Shown here: in pieces, positions 1 through 9,845 of the stretch
Layout of the letters: every line of letters starts with the position of its first letter
How positions within the stretch are numbered: the first letter of the stretch is position 1
From: Meyerozyma guilliermondii
Taxonomy: Eukaryota
NCBI GenBank assembly: GCA_051546255.1
Contig: CP128815.1
Location: 124,001-188,000 of the forward strand
Reading direction: 5' to 3'
Length of the DNA: 64,000 bases
Notes under the pieces: model-generated
What the model saw: only the letters and a program-made list of their open reading frames with translations
The model's database searches: none
What the model was told of the DNA's origin: nothing
Translations under genes and position numbers: made by a program

Positions 1-432
1 GTGGCCAAGAGAGCCGACTCTTCAGACGCATCTGCTGAAACTGGCGACTCCGCTGCCTCCGATGACTCCAGTGCTACTGATGACTCTAGTTCTACTGACG
101 AGTCTAGTGCTTCTGATGATTCCAGTGCTTCTGACGCTAGTGCTTCTGACGATTCAAGCGCTTCTGATTCTAGTGCCTCTGACGACTCCAGTGCTTCTGA
201 CGACTCAAGCGCTTCTGATTCTAGTGCTTCTGACGACTCTAGTGCTTCCGACAGCTCCGAGTCTGGCTCTTCTGACGAGTCCAGTGCTTCCGACAGCTCT
301 GAGTCCGGCTCTTCCGGATCGTCATCTTCTTCAGGTTCTAGCAGCTCATCATCTGGCTCTGGAGCTGGTGAGATGACCATTGGCTATGGTCTCGCTTTGG
401 GTGCACTTGTGGCTGGTTCATTGTTGATCTAA
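1..432 (+). CDS. 3' end of a Ser/Asp-rich GPI-anchored cell-wall protein (partial, starts before the window)
   Basis: Frame is open from base 1. It has SDDSSA/SDSSA repeats, a Ser/Gly run, then an omega-site-like SGAG and a hydrophobic C-terminus (MTIGYGLALGALVAGSLLI*). Confidence 0.8.
   Translation: MAKRADSSDASAETGDSAASDDSSATDDSSSTDESSASDDSSASDASASDDSSASDSSASDDSSASDDSSASDSSASDDSSASDSSESGSSDESSASDSSESGSSGSSSSSGSSSSSSGSGAGEMTIGYGLALGALVAGSLLI
55..312 (+). repeat. Coding minisatellite of 15/18-nt units (tctgacgactccagtgct-like) encoding S(D)DSSA
   Basis: Visible tandem repetition of agtgcttctga(c/t) units in lines 61-300. Confidence 0.85.
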
Positions 433-1375
433 TGTTAGTCAATAATACGTTATGTTTGGTTCTTTGTAACATTGGCTCCAACTTCTTAAGCTTTCGTAAA
501 AAATATTTAAGCCTCTCGTGGCCCTGGAGTGTAGCCACACCGCATACTTCAGCCTCGAGTCACGGTAGCAAAGACCGGGTAGACTAAGCCTCAATAACTG
601 AGTGGTCTCTAGAACAGACAGAATACCAAACGAAGTTGGTGAACTGTGAATACAAAACTCAATAAAAGTTTCCCTATTATCTTAGTCTAGCTAGTAATTG
701 CTAATTCGAGCGTCTGAGAAAGTGGCTTTATAATTGACGAAAAGACTGAGATTGTATGTGTTTGATAAAGGTAGTCTACTAAACTATTTAGGGTGTCCTC
801 TTAATTGAAAGGCTTCCATGAGGTCATATCTCATTGGACTAAAGTTGTCCCAATTAGTACATAGCTCGGGAACAGTTGCACATTTAAAATTAAGTCGCAG
901 AAAATTCACCTGAAAAATACGGTTGCAAATGTCTCTTCATAAGGACCATTCTTCAACTCTAAAAAGGATCACCACAGTAAGCTTTCCGCAAAATTCGATC
1001 TTGGCAAACCCTTTTGGTAATTGAACATCGCGTAATATGAATTCTCCAAACACACAAAAGCTGTCATCGTCGTTATCTCTTCCATACTAGGAACCTAGTC
1101 TACCTTGAATTTTTAAGGTTGGCAAAAAATTGAACTTTGTTTTTGATAATCACTCAATGGTGTACTTTCAATTCTTGGAGTTATCTCATAAAATCAAGGC
1201 AGTTTGCCAGTAATTGTACAATCACTTGTTTGACGAAGACTTCCCCGGATTATTTAATCGCACAAATTATGAGCACTGCAGAAGTCGTGACTGAAAGGTT
1301 TGTTGTCTGCAGGTACAGCGTTTGTTAGCCGTGCGGGATTCGATTATAAAATGCAGCCTTTTCGGCATCAATTGC

Positions 1376-2386
1376 ATGAGTCCTTTCAGCGAAAAGAAAG
1401 GTAAACGATTCCAAGTAAAAGATGCCGAACAGGTTCCCCCATATTCGGGTACTGATCAGCCTATATTTCTTGAATCGAAACATAATAATCAACAATTACC
1501 AGATTATCATCAAGCACACCATGCCGGCACTTTCCATTATAAATTCGTAATGGCGGAAAAGCTGCTCAAACAAAACCATTACGTGTTCGTATCGGCAGAC
1601 TCAATGGGTAAATACAGATCATTCAAGGGAGTGTCGCTGGATTCACCCATAGATACCCATCAAAAAGTTTCAACATTACAGCATCAAGGAATCGGCATCC
1701 CATTATTATCTGCAAATATTGCTTGGAAAGAAAACTTTAAAATTGACAAGTCCATGACCATCTACAAGTACAACCGTCCGCCGAAAATGAGGTTATTTGA
1801 CAAAAATCTTGATAAGGAATTATTTTGCGTCGTCAAGTTGAGGGAGTCAGCTCAATATTATAGGTACGAATTTGAGTTCGTTAAGTCAAACAGGAAAATG
1901 ACCTTTTTCCTACATAGAAAGCACCCCTTTGGTGATGTGTGTTTCTCAGGAAGCGATATCCGTTATCGTTGGTTACATTCAAAGTATAGTATGTGGAGAG
2001 ACCGGTACCGGTACGACATTTTAAGGCTTCCCCTGACACAACCTTCATTACTTGATGGGATGGATATGGAAAAAAACAAACTAAACCCATCAAACAAACT
2101 AGTTGGTAGTAAACTTGCCGCATTCACCTTACCTACGAGAAAAGTGCTGGACTCAATCAAAGGTGGCCAGACCTTTGGTGGTATCGAGTATTTTCGCAAC
2201 TATTCATTGAAAAGGTATAGCCAGGATGCTACCATGGACTTGAATGTTCCCAAAACACTGCCCGGTGCAGACCCAGAGAGTATATCATCCGTTGATGAGC
2301 ACACTTTGGAGTTGTTGTGCATGGGATTAGTTTTGCACAAACGTGAAAGTGATAGAAGAGCCGAAAGACGTAACAGTGGAGGCTAA
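1376..2386 (+). CDS. Uncharacterized protein (~336 aa) with N-terminal PY-like motifs
   Basis: Long ORF with first ATG at 1376 (MSPFSEKK). Motifs VPPYS and LPDY are present; no family recognised. Its stop overlaps the LYS5 stop. Confidence 0.7.
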   Translation: MSPFSEKKGKRFQVKDAEQVPPYSGTDQPIFLESKHNNQQLPDYHQAHHAGTFHYKFVMAEKLLKQNHYVFVSADSMGKYRSFKGVSLDSPIDTHQKVSTLQHQGIGIPLLSANIAWKENFKIDKSMTIYKYNRPPKMRLFDKNLDKELFCVVKLRESAQYYRYEFEFVKSNRKMTFFLHRKHPFGDVCFSGSDIRYRWLHSKYSMWRDRYRYDILRLPLTQPSLLDGMDMEKNKLNPSNKLVGSKLAAFTLPTRKVLDSIKGGQTFGGIEYFRNYSLKRYSQDATMDLNVPKTLPGADPESISSVDEHTLELLCMGLVLHKRESDRRAERRNSGG

Positions 2387-3261
2387 TTAAAGAGAATTTC
2401 CCCAATGTCCAAGTACAACACTTCTGGAGGGACCTCATTGATCTGGCCCACAAATGATACTATAATAGGTATTGAAGCAGAGAAATCCAATATAGTTGAG
2501 AAGCATTTGAATTTCTGTATGGGCAACTTTTGTAGAAACTGACTATCCAGAAGTCCAGTTGTGTTGACTGAAGAGGTAACCCACTTTAGATCTGCACTAG
2601 AATCATGTACCAAATTCATATCAAAACCAAAGCTTGCCAAATTCAAATTTAGCCCACTTCCAATTAATTTTGTAAACGCTTCTTTTAAAGTCCACAATTG
2701 GTTAAAAGCGATATATCTTTCTTCAATATTCTCAATATCCATCAATTGAGTCCTCTCCAGCTCCGAAAACATCGGATCAAACTGGCTCATAAAGTTGATT
2801 GGAGAGATGGAGTCTTGCACCGAATGAGAAAGGTCTACTCCAATTGGTGTTCCGCAACCTTTTTCGATAGCAATACATACAATTTCATTCGATGTGCTGA
2901 TACTCAATTGAACATTGGTTTCGTCGAGGAAAGGCTTTCCATATTTTTCATATTTGAATGGAACATCTTGATCAACTGGAGCACCACGAAAATAATTAAT
3001 TACCACTTTCACGAGCAATTTGGATAGCAATTGCTTCGCTAGGTTGTGAATGGGCTGTTTCCGGAGTTTCACGCGTTCAGAGAGCGTAAATATTCGAAGT
3101 ACGTCTTCCAAGTTGTAATCGTCTGATAAATACGTTATCAATTTTGGAGTCACCAGAGTCCAAAAAACGTACAGTTTCGGGCTGGTTGCCTTTGTATCGT
3201 GTTGCTGGTTTGAAATTTGTGCTATAAACTCATCGAGCTTATTGTAAACGTCTTGGAGCAT
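2383..3261 (-). CDS. LYS5: Sfp-type 4'-phosphopantetheinyl transferase (aminoadipate reductase activator)
   Basis: YGKPFL, IGVDL and WTLKEAFTKLIGSGL PPTase motifs; first ATG at 3261. Confidence 0.88.
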   Translation of the reverse strand: MLQDVYNKLDEFIAQISNQQHDTKATSPKLYVFWTLVTPKLITYLSDDYNLEDVLRIFTLSERVKLRKQPIHNLAKQLLSKLLVKVVINYFRGAPVDQDVPFKYEKYGKPFLDETNVQLSISTSNEIVCIAIEKGCGTPIGVDLSHSVQDSISPINFMSQFDPMFSELERTQLMDIENIEERYIAFNQLWTLKEAFTKLIGSGLNLNLASFGFDMNLVHDSSADLKWVTSSVNTTGLLDSQFLQKLPIQKFKCFSTILDFSASIPIIVSFVGQINEVPPEVLYLDIGEILFN

Positions 3262-3422
3262 GTGCTTACAACGACGTGACAATCATAAGTGAAATTTAAA
3301 TTGTGCGAAAGATGAGGAACACACAAATATCATATTATCTAATTAGTCTAATGTTGAGCCAAATCTGGCCATAAGTATAAGACAGCTTTCTGTCAGCTGT
3401 TTTGTATTATAGGCAATGTTTG

Positions 3423-4532
3423 TTAGTTTGCCTCTTGTGCCTGGTAGAATTTTGGTGCTGCAACAACGTCGTCCTTGTTATCCTTTGCAATTTCGTAGGC
3501 ATCAAGCACAGCTTTCTTGACTGCTTCGAAACTCTCGTCAGAGATCTGGTAGTGAAATGCAATACGGCCACTGGCAAACTTTAGGTTATACTTTTCCAGA
3601 ACTTGCCTCAATATGTCATAAGAAATCTTGGTCTCGGCCAAGTCAACGAACACAAAGTTGGTGTGTACTGGGTGCTCCAACGCGATGCCATTTTCCTCAC
3701 ATAATTTGCCAAGTTCCAAGGCCATTTTGTGGGTTTTCTCGAGTTTGGGGAGATTCTCATCAATGGCGGTGCTTGCCATTCTTGCTAAGAGCCCAGACTG
3801 ACGAACTCCACCACCATTCTGTTTGCGGAAATGATTAGCCTTCGCAATAAACTTCTTGCTGGAGACTAATACACTACCAATTGGAGCACCAAGTGTCTTG
3901 GAAAGACAAAGCGACACAGAGTCAAAGTATTGACAGTACTCCGATATGGAGATTCCAGTCGCAACAGAAGCATTCCAAAGTCTTGCTCCATCCAAGTGCA
4001 ATTTCACATCATTCTTCTTACAAAATGCCGAGATCTTCTTTATCTCCTCCAATGGAAATAACATACCGTGAAGTGTGTTTTCTAAAGAAATGAGTTTGGT
4101 AGGAGCGCCGTGGATCTCGCCATCATCGGGTATAAAGTTTGGCAAAATGTCATCCTCAAGGGTCAAATGTACACCATTTTTGGGTTTGATAGCTTGTGGC
4201 ATGGCCTGCAGAAGAGTAGCCATTCCTCCTGCTTCATGAACGTATACGTGTGCTCGATAGTCGCACATCACACTGTATGGAGGTTGCAACAAATTAACTC
4301 TCAAGGCTATTTGGTTGGAAAGTGTTCCGCTGACACAATACAAGCCGGCTTCCTTACCAGCAATCTTTGCAACTTTGCTTTCGAGGTCAATTGTAGCCTT
4401 GTCTTCGTTGTAGACGGCATCCCCTAAAGTAGCCGAAGCCAAGGATTCAATCATGGATACTGTAGGGGTTGTAAAGGTGTCACTACGAAAGTCATTGTGG
4501 GCGGGACTGGTTTTGTATACCGTTAAATCCAT
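3423..4532 (-). CDS. GLY1: PLP-dependent low-specificity threonine aldolase family (GLY1-like; probably hydroxytrimethyllysine aldolase)
   Basis: DFRSDTFTTP, GDAVYNED, SGTLSNQIA, LENT, LHLDGARLWNA and SLCLSKTLGAPIGS (PLP lysine). Confidence 0.9.
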   Translation of the reverse strand: MDLTVYKTSPAHNDFRSDTFTTPTVSMIESLASATLGDAVYNEDKATIDLESKVAKIAGKEAGLYCVSGTLSNQIALRVNLLQPPYSVMCDYRAHVYVHEAGGMATLLQAMPQAIKPKNGVHLTLEDDILPNFIPDDGEIHGAPTKLISLENTLHGMLFPLEEIKKISAFCKKNDVKLHLDGARLWNASVATGISISEYCQYFDSVSLCLSKTLGAPIGSVLVSSKKFIAKANHFRKQNGGGVRQSGLLARMASTAIDENLPKLEKTHKMALELGKLCEENGIALEHPVHTNFVFVDLAETKISYDILRQVLEKYNLKFASGRIAFHYQISDESFEAVKKAVLDAYEIAKDNKDDVVAAPKFYQAQEAN

Positions 4533-4698
4533 ACTGAATTGAGAAACGTGAATAAATAGGAACCAGAATTGTCAAGGTTATGTCAATTTGCGGCAACTCG
4601 ATAGCTGTCTGCAGTCCCACGATAGGGGCTACAGCCAGAGCTGATCAACGAGACCAATTGCTGACAAATATCAGCAACCAATACGCTCCCATGGCAAT

Positions 4699-4705
4699 TG
4701 ACTCA
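4699..4705. promoter_or_regulatory. Gcn4/AP-1-type site TGACTCA in the divergent aldolase/ALDH promoter
   Basis: Exact TGACTCA about 170 bp upstream of the aldolase ATG. Confidence 0.45.
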
Positions 4706-5057
4706 AGATAGCACTACTTCCCGTAGAGCGGTTATATGAAGATCAATTGCTAATCTTGGCGGATTGCTGCATTATTGCGAAACTCTATGTTGATTCTATG
4801 GTCATTCTATGGTCATTCTACACTCATTTACCGCTTGTATTGAACTTGATGCTATAGATCTGGTACTATACAAATGAACGACAGATCATTAATGTCTTGA
4901 GTATTTGGTGATCGACTTTTCTGTGAAACTTTTCGGCCGCTTTACACTATACACTTAGCCCCGCGGCGGGAGCGCGGAATGTCCAAATCAGGCAAGCGGA
5001 TGCGAGCGCTATCTTGGTATAAATTAGTTTCGTCACCTTTCATTTGTTCAATTCTTC

Positions 5058-6563
5058 ATGTCACTTCCATTAGAATACAAAGTAACATTGCCAGACGGCC
5101 AAACTTTCACCCAACCATCTGGGTTGTTCATCAATAATGAGTTTGTCAAGTCGAAATCTGGTAAGACTTTGGACAGTATCAACCCATCGACTGGAGAAGT
5201 CAATGGTTCCGTTTATGCTGCCGAAGAAGAAGATGTTGATATTGCCGTCAAAGCCGCTAGAACCGCTTTCAAATCGTGGAAAAAGGTCACTGGTGTCGAC
5301 AGAGGAATCTTGCTCAACAAATTTGCTGATGTGTTGGAAAGAGACAGAGATTTGATTGGATCTATGGAAGCATGGGATTCTGGTAAAACCAAGGAACAAA
5401 ATGCTGTGTATGACATTGACGAGTGTATCAGCTGTTTCCGTTACTTTGCTGGATGGGCTGACAAAGTTAGTGGAAAAGTTATTCAAAATGATCCAAAGAA
5501 GTTTGCCTATACCATCCATGAACCTTATGGTGTATGTGGACAAATTATTCCATGGAACTACCCATTGGCTATGGCTGCGTGGAAATTGGCCCCAGCTTTG
5601 GCTGCTGGTAATGTGGTGGTAATCAAGTCGTCAGAAATTACTCCTCTTTCTCTCTTATACATCGGTACCATTTTCAAAGATGTTGGTTTCCCAGCTGGTG
5701 TGGTTAACATTTTGTCCGGGTATGGAGCTACTTGCGGAAAGGCATTGGCAAGCCACATGGATGTTGACAAGATTGCATTTACTGGTTCTACTGCTACTGG
5801 TAAACTCATCCAACAATTAGCCGCTTCGAACTTGAAAGCTGTGACTTTGGAGTGTGGTGGAAAATCTCCATTAATTATCAGAGCGGATGCTGATTTGGAA
5901 CAAGCAGTTAAATGGGCTGCTTTTGGTATCATGTCTAACCAAGGTCAAATCTGTACCTCGACTTCAAGAATCTATATCCATGAAAATGTCTATGACAAGT
6001 TTTTGACAGAATTCACTAAACATGTCAAGGAAGCTTATAAGCAAGGTGATATGTTCAATTCAGAGGCAGTTGTTGGTCCACAAGTTTCCAAGATGCAATT
6101 CGACAAGGTGATCTCGTACATTGAGATTGGAAAGAAAGAGGGTGCTAAGGTGCTTTTGGGAGGAGAGAAAAACACCGACGGTGACCTCTCCAAGGGTTTC
6201 TTTGTCAAGCCTACTATTTTTGCTGATGTCAAGCCTAAAATGAGAATTGTTAACGAAGAAATTTTCGGTCCTGTCGTGGCATGTGGAAAGTTTTCCACTG
6301 ACGAAGAGGCTGTGGAATACGCCAACCAAACTGACTATGGATTGGGTGCTGCTGTGTTTACCAGTGATATTACCAAAGCTCACGAGATGGCCAGAGAGAT
6401 TGAGGCTGGAATGGTATGGATCAATTCTAGTAATGACTCTGATTGCCATGTACCATTCGGAGGTGTCAAGTTGAGTGGTGTGGGTAGAGAATTGGGAGAG
6501 TACGGTTTGACCATGTACACTCAAGCCAAGGCTATCCACGTGAACCTTGGAAACAAGTTGTAG
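5058..6563 (+). CDS. NAD(P)+ aldehyde dehydrogenase (ALD2/3-like; probably trimethylaminobutyraldehyde dehydrogenase)
   Basis: PWNYP, FTGSTATG, TLECGGKSP, NQGQICTS (catalytic Cys), EEIFGPV and PFGGVKLSG; TATAAA about 40 bp upstream. Confidence 0.93.
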   Translation: MSLPLEYKVTLPDGQTFTQPSGLFINNEFVKSKSGKTLDSINPSTGEVNGSVYAAEEEDVDIAVKAARTAFKSWKKVTGVDRGILLNKFADVLERDRDLIGSMEAWDSGKTKEQNAVYDIDECISCFRYFAGWADKVSGKVIQNDPKKFAYTIHEPYGVCGQIIPWNYPLAMAAWKLAPALAAGNVVVIKSSEITPLSLLYIGTIFKDVGFPAGVVNILSGYGATCGKALASHMDVDKIAFTGSTATGKLIQQLAASNLKAVTLECGGKSPLIIRADADLEQAVKWAAFGIMSNQGQICTSTSRIYIHENVYDKFLTEFTKHVKEAYKQGDMFNSEAVVGPQVSKMQFDKVISYIEIGKKEGAKVLLGGEKNTDGDLSKGFFVKPTIFADVKPKMRIVNEEIFGPVVACGKFSTDEEAVEYANQTDYGLGAAVFTSDITKAHEMAREIEAGMVWINSSNDSDCHVPFGGVKLSGVGRELGEYGLTMYTQAKAIHVNLGNKL

Positions 6564-6833
6564 GAGAAAATACTATTTAGGCTAATTTGCAGCCAAACTT
6601 AAAAAGCGAAGATAATACTTTTTGAATATAAGACAGTACTTTAATGAAGAAGGGGATCTTAATTATACTATTATTAGTTGTTTACCTCTTCCATTGGACT
6701 AACATTCAACTGCTACAAGTGTGTGCTTGATCTTTATATGTACATCTATGCACCCACGAAATGATGCGGAAATCATTACTGGCATCACTCAATTACTCCT
6801 CATAAAATCAAACTGAACAAACTAATCAAGTTA

Positions 6834-7616
6834 ATGCCCTATTACGCCATTGCTAACGGCAGAAAAACCGGGGTTGTACAAACTTGGAAAGAATGTGAGT
6901 CCCAAGTTGCAGGTTACAAAAATGCAAGGTACAAAAAGTTCAAAACTGAGGCAGAAGCAGCAGCATTCGTTCTGGATTATGGGTCTTCAGCCAAGCAGCC
7001 AGCTTCTGTAGACTACAGTCACCGTCAAAAACCAGCTGTTAATAACAATTCTCGAATCACAAAGCCCAAGACTACTCCTCGTCATGTTGATCCAACAACC
7101 AACTCATCCAACGTCCAACATATCTACGTGGATGGAGCTGCTCGAGGAAACGGAAAGGTACGGAGCCCCAAATCAGGATACGGTGTATTTTATGGAGAAG
7201 GAGATGAGCGAAATGCGGCTGTACCATTATCTAAAGTTGACTCTGATCGAACCGGAACTAACCAAAGAGCAGAGTTGCACGCATTAAACCACGCTCTTGA
7301 CGATATATCCAAAGAATTGAACCAAGGAAATACACCGAAGGAGTACATCATCCATTCAGACTCGCAGTACACCATTAAGGCAGTTGGTGAATGGGCTAAG
7401 AAATGGAAAACCAATGGCTGGCGTACGGCTTCTGGGACTCCCGTGAGTAATAAAGACCTTATCGAAAAGGCAGTTGATAAGGTTGCTACTATCAACAAGG
7501 CATATGTGGCCAGAAAAATGGCCCCAATAATAATAGCCTATGTCCCTGGACATGCTGGCAACTACGGAAACGAAATGGCAGACCAGTTAGCTAACAAAGG
7601 AGCTGACTTGGACTGA
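6834..7616 (+). CDS. RNH1: Ribonuclease H1, copy 1 (hybrid-binding domain + RNase H domain)
   Basis: YYAIANGRKTGVVQTWKEC...YKKF hybrid-binding domain. Catalytic motifs IYVDG, TNQRAEL, SDS, GH and NEMAD are all intact. Confidence 0.92.
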   Translation: MPYYAIANGRKTGVVQTWKECESQVAGYKNARYKKFKTEAEAAAFVLDYGSSAKQPASVDYSHRQKPAVNNNSRITKPKTTPRHVDPTTNSSNVQHIYVDGAARGNGKVRSPKSGYGVFYGEGDERNAAVPLSKVDSDRTGTNQRAELHALNHALDDISKELNQGNTPKEYIIHSDSQYTIKAVGEWAKKWKTNGWRTASGTPVSNKDLIEKAVDKVATINKAYVARKMAPIIIAYVPGHAGNYGNEMADQLANKGADLD

Positions 7617-7760
7617 CTTGCAATGCTATCACGAGGTCAATGGGTGCAATTCAGATCATCACGATATTGAATGCGCACGAATAACGAGGAACTTGTACAA
7701 AGTGCAATGTGGATACATCTCATTTCCATATTACCTTACTGTAAACCCATAGCTTTTGGG

Positions 7761-8250
7761 GAACTTGACATATTATGCAGCACCCATAATGTTAAACATA
7801 GAGGTCAGAACACCTCGGAAATCAAGCTGCTTGGGTAATGCGACCAGCCAGATTGAGTGAAAAAGTCTTCAGATAAAGACTCCAGAGGAGACGCGGAAGC
7901 CTCGAGAAAAAATACAGACTCCTGTCCCAACCCGGATGTCTTTGTCAAGTGTGGAAGCTCAAGTAAAATTGAAAACCTACTGATTCTGACATAATCCAGC
8001 CAAAGTTAATTCAGTGGGGGGTCGTAAGATTCTGTTGCTAAAGCCATAGACAATTCAGAGCTCTACCATCAGACGAGCCCATATAGATAGTCAGATGTGG
8101 TTTGAGGGATATCTTGAAACATCTTGAAACATCATGAAACATCATTAAACATCCACATCTAGTCTCACATTATCTAAGCAGCTTGATTTGAGGTACTGGT
8201 TCAGGTACCTCTAGTTCAGCGAATGGAACTAAACTTGTTGAGTCAAGTTC
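7761..8250. repeat. Degenerate inverted repeat, arms ~7761-7843 and ~8165-8250
   Basis: aaatcaagctgctt (7819-7832) is the exact reverse complement of 8176-8189. gaacttgac and tagaggt also match at co-linear spacing. Confidence 0.75.
8111..8153 (+). repeat. 10-bp tandem repeat (atcttgaaac)x4, degenerating
   Basis: atcttgaaac atcttgaaac atcatgaaac atcattaaac atc. Confidence 0.85.
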
Positions 8251-8500
8251 AAAAATACCTCCATATTCATCTTGATTAACCATAGGCACTGATCGATAAG
8301 ACAACGGGAAAACAAATCCAGGTATTTTAGAGTCATTTGATTTACGAAAGTATACTCGAGTTTCCACAAGATTAGATCCGCAGGATGTCGCTTAATCTTG
8401 CATCAAGATAAGAAGATTACTTAAACGCACCATTTTGACGGAGAATTGCGCACGACGAAAATCGATACCCTTCGTGAATAAAGCCAACCAAATTGAACCA

Positions 8501-9232
8501 ATGCCCTACTATGCAATTTGTGACGGCAGAAAGATAGGCGTTGCCCTGAGCTGGGAAGAATGTAAATCTTATGTTTCTGGATACAGCAATGCTTGGTACA
8601 GGAAATTCGACACCAAGTCTGAAGCGAGGGATTGTTTTACCTCCAATATGTACCTGTCAGATTCAGAAGACGATTACCTGTCTTATGGCAAAAATTTTGA
8701 CAGAAATTTTGAAATGGAACATATTTACATTGACGGAGCTTGTAAGAGAAACGGAATGGCTCTGCAACGTAAAACAGGATACGGCGTCTTTTATGGAAAT
8801 GGTGATGTGCGTAATGCAGCTGTTTCCTCGTCAAATGCTGATAAACTATCAGGAACCAACCAAAGATCAGAATTGCGCGCATTGTATCACGCTATCATAA
8901 ATATTGTCAATGACATAAATGATGACGGTACCACTAAGGCGTACACCATTCATACAGACTCGAAGTATGTCATCAGGGCTTCTGGGATCTGGGCCAAGAA
9001 ATGGAAATCTAATGGCTGGCGTACAACCACTGGGCGTGTTGTGGCTAATCAAGATCTCATAAAGAGGATAGTCTTTTATTTGAAAGAAATCAACGAGAGA
9101 CTTGCAAATATTGGCTTGCCTCCAGTAAAAATTGAGTACGTTCCTGGCCATGCTGGCAACCACGGAAACGAAATGGCAGATAAATTGGCTAACAAGGCAG
9201 CTGACGAGGATGGAGAACCATACTGGCTTTGA
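8501..9232 (+). CDS. RNH1: Ribonuclease H1, copy 2
   Basis: ATG at 8501 (MPYYAICDGRK); IYIDG, TNQRSEL, TDS, PGHAG and NEMADKLA. Confidence 0.9.
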   Translation: MPYYAICDGRKIGVALSWEECKSYVSGYSNAWYRKFDTKSEARDCFTSNMYLSDSEDDYLSYGKNFDRNFEMEHIYIDGACKRNGMALQRKTGYGVFYGNGDVRNAAVSSSNADKLSGTNQRSELRALYHAIINIVNDINDDGTTKAYTIHTDSKYVIRASGIWAKKWKSNGWRTTTGRVVANQDLIKRIVFYLKEINERLANIGLPPVKIEYVPGHAGNHGNEMADKLANKAADEDGEPYWL

Positions 9233-9845
9233 TGTTTACTTGCAATTCTTTTCACGACAAGTATTAAATTTCAAGTCTCTTCAGACTGAGATCTGCTCGC
9301 AAAACTAATTTCGATGAGGCCCATCAATGGATGCAAATTTATGATGAACAGGCGCAGCCTATTGACGGATCATACTTTGGATATACTGTCCTTGAGGAGT
9401 CATAATCACTGTTGCAACATGTCTGGATTGGACCAAGCATATCTCTACAACTTGATGTTTGCTTGAGCTCTATAGTGTACATCAATGCCACACTATGCGC
9501 CTTATGGTCCAGATTACGTTATCTCAAATGGTGCGAGTTTCGCGGATCAAATTAAAACTTTTTGCAACTCTTTTGCAATTTGATTATGCTCAAACTCCCA
9601 AACAGGCAACTTACTTCCCCAGATGCCTCCGCTTTAAGTAGCTTTTACATGTTTTACTATTGAACGAGATGTTTTCAAACCGATAACCGTTTTTGGGATT
9701 GCACACTTTTCATAAAATGCCCGCAAATTTCAGCGAATGCAGCAACTGTAAATCAATGTATTAGGGCACCCTAGAGGGTATAAAAAGATGGCAGACTCTT
9801 GTTCCCCCACCCCGCAAGAAATAATTGAAGAACTCAACTAAGAAA

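Noticed and set aside
433..1375. Possible LTR, tRNA or ncRNA in the long intergenic region
   Set aside because: No TG...CA bounded repeat, A/B boxes or cloverleaf recognised; only a short GTGGC/GCCAC hairpin near 518-540.
4793..4820. 11-bp tandem repeat ATTCTATGGTC in the aldolase/ALDH promoter
   Set aside because: Only about 2.5 units, likely slippage; no known motif.
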